DNA from: Octopus bimaculoides
Taxonomy: Eukaryota
DNA: 34,708 nt
NCBI RefSeq assembly: GCF_001194135.2
Contig: NC_068982.1
Coordinates: 108,666,840 to 108,701,547, forward strand
Direction of reading: 5' to 3'
This document shows, piece after piece, positions 34,666 to 34,708 of this stretch. The notes beneath the pieces are model-generated. The model was not told the origin of the DNA. It saw nothing but the letters and a program-made list of their open reading frames with translations, and did no database searches. The first letter of the stretch is position 1; every line of letters begins with the position of its first letter. Made by a program: the position numbers and the translations under genes.

Positions 34666-34708
34666 TTTTTTTTAAAGTTTTCTACGTAAATTACAAAAAA
34701 AAAAAAAA

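Overview
AT-rich animal genomic DNA. The repeat families suggest an octopus/coleoid cephalopod (inference from recalled repeat sequences). There are two assembly gaps (6115-6123, 19283-20078), and much of the window is decayed transposon sequence: RTE, RLE-type and CR1-type LINEs, tRNA-derived SINEs, two Penelope-like elements, a mariner, a Helitron Rep fragment and MITEs. The ORF track largely misses the main feature, a spliced minus-strand gene reconstructed from splice sites and phases. It has two candidate 5'UTR exons, a signal-peptide exon (17032-16979), a 451-nt Ser/Thr-rich mucin-like exon (15016-14566), an intact six-Cys EB-module-like exon (5789-5667), and a second EB-like exon (from 4430) that a SINE has separated from its splice donor. 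The EB exons lie in what looks like a ~6.3 kb tandem duplication unit, which predicts another EB exon just before the window start. A Penelope-type hammerhead ribozyme fold lies at 27180-27129 (-), with two more degenerate hammerhead-like motifs. No CRISPR, rRNA or true tRNA genes are present.
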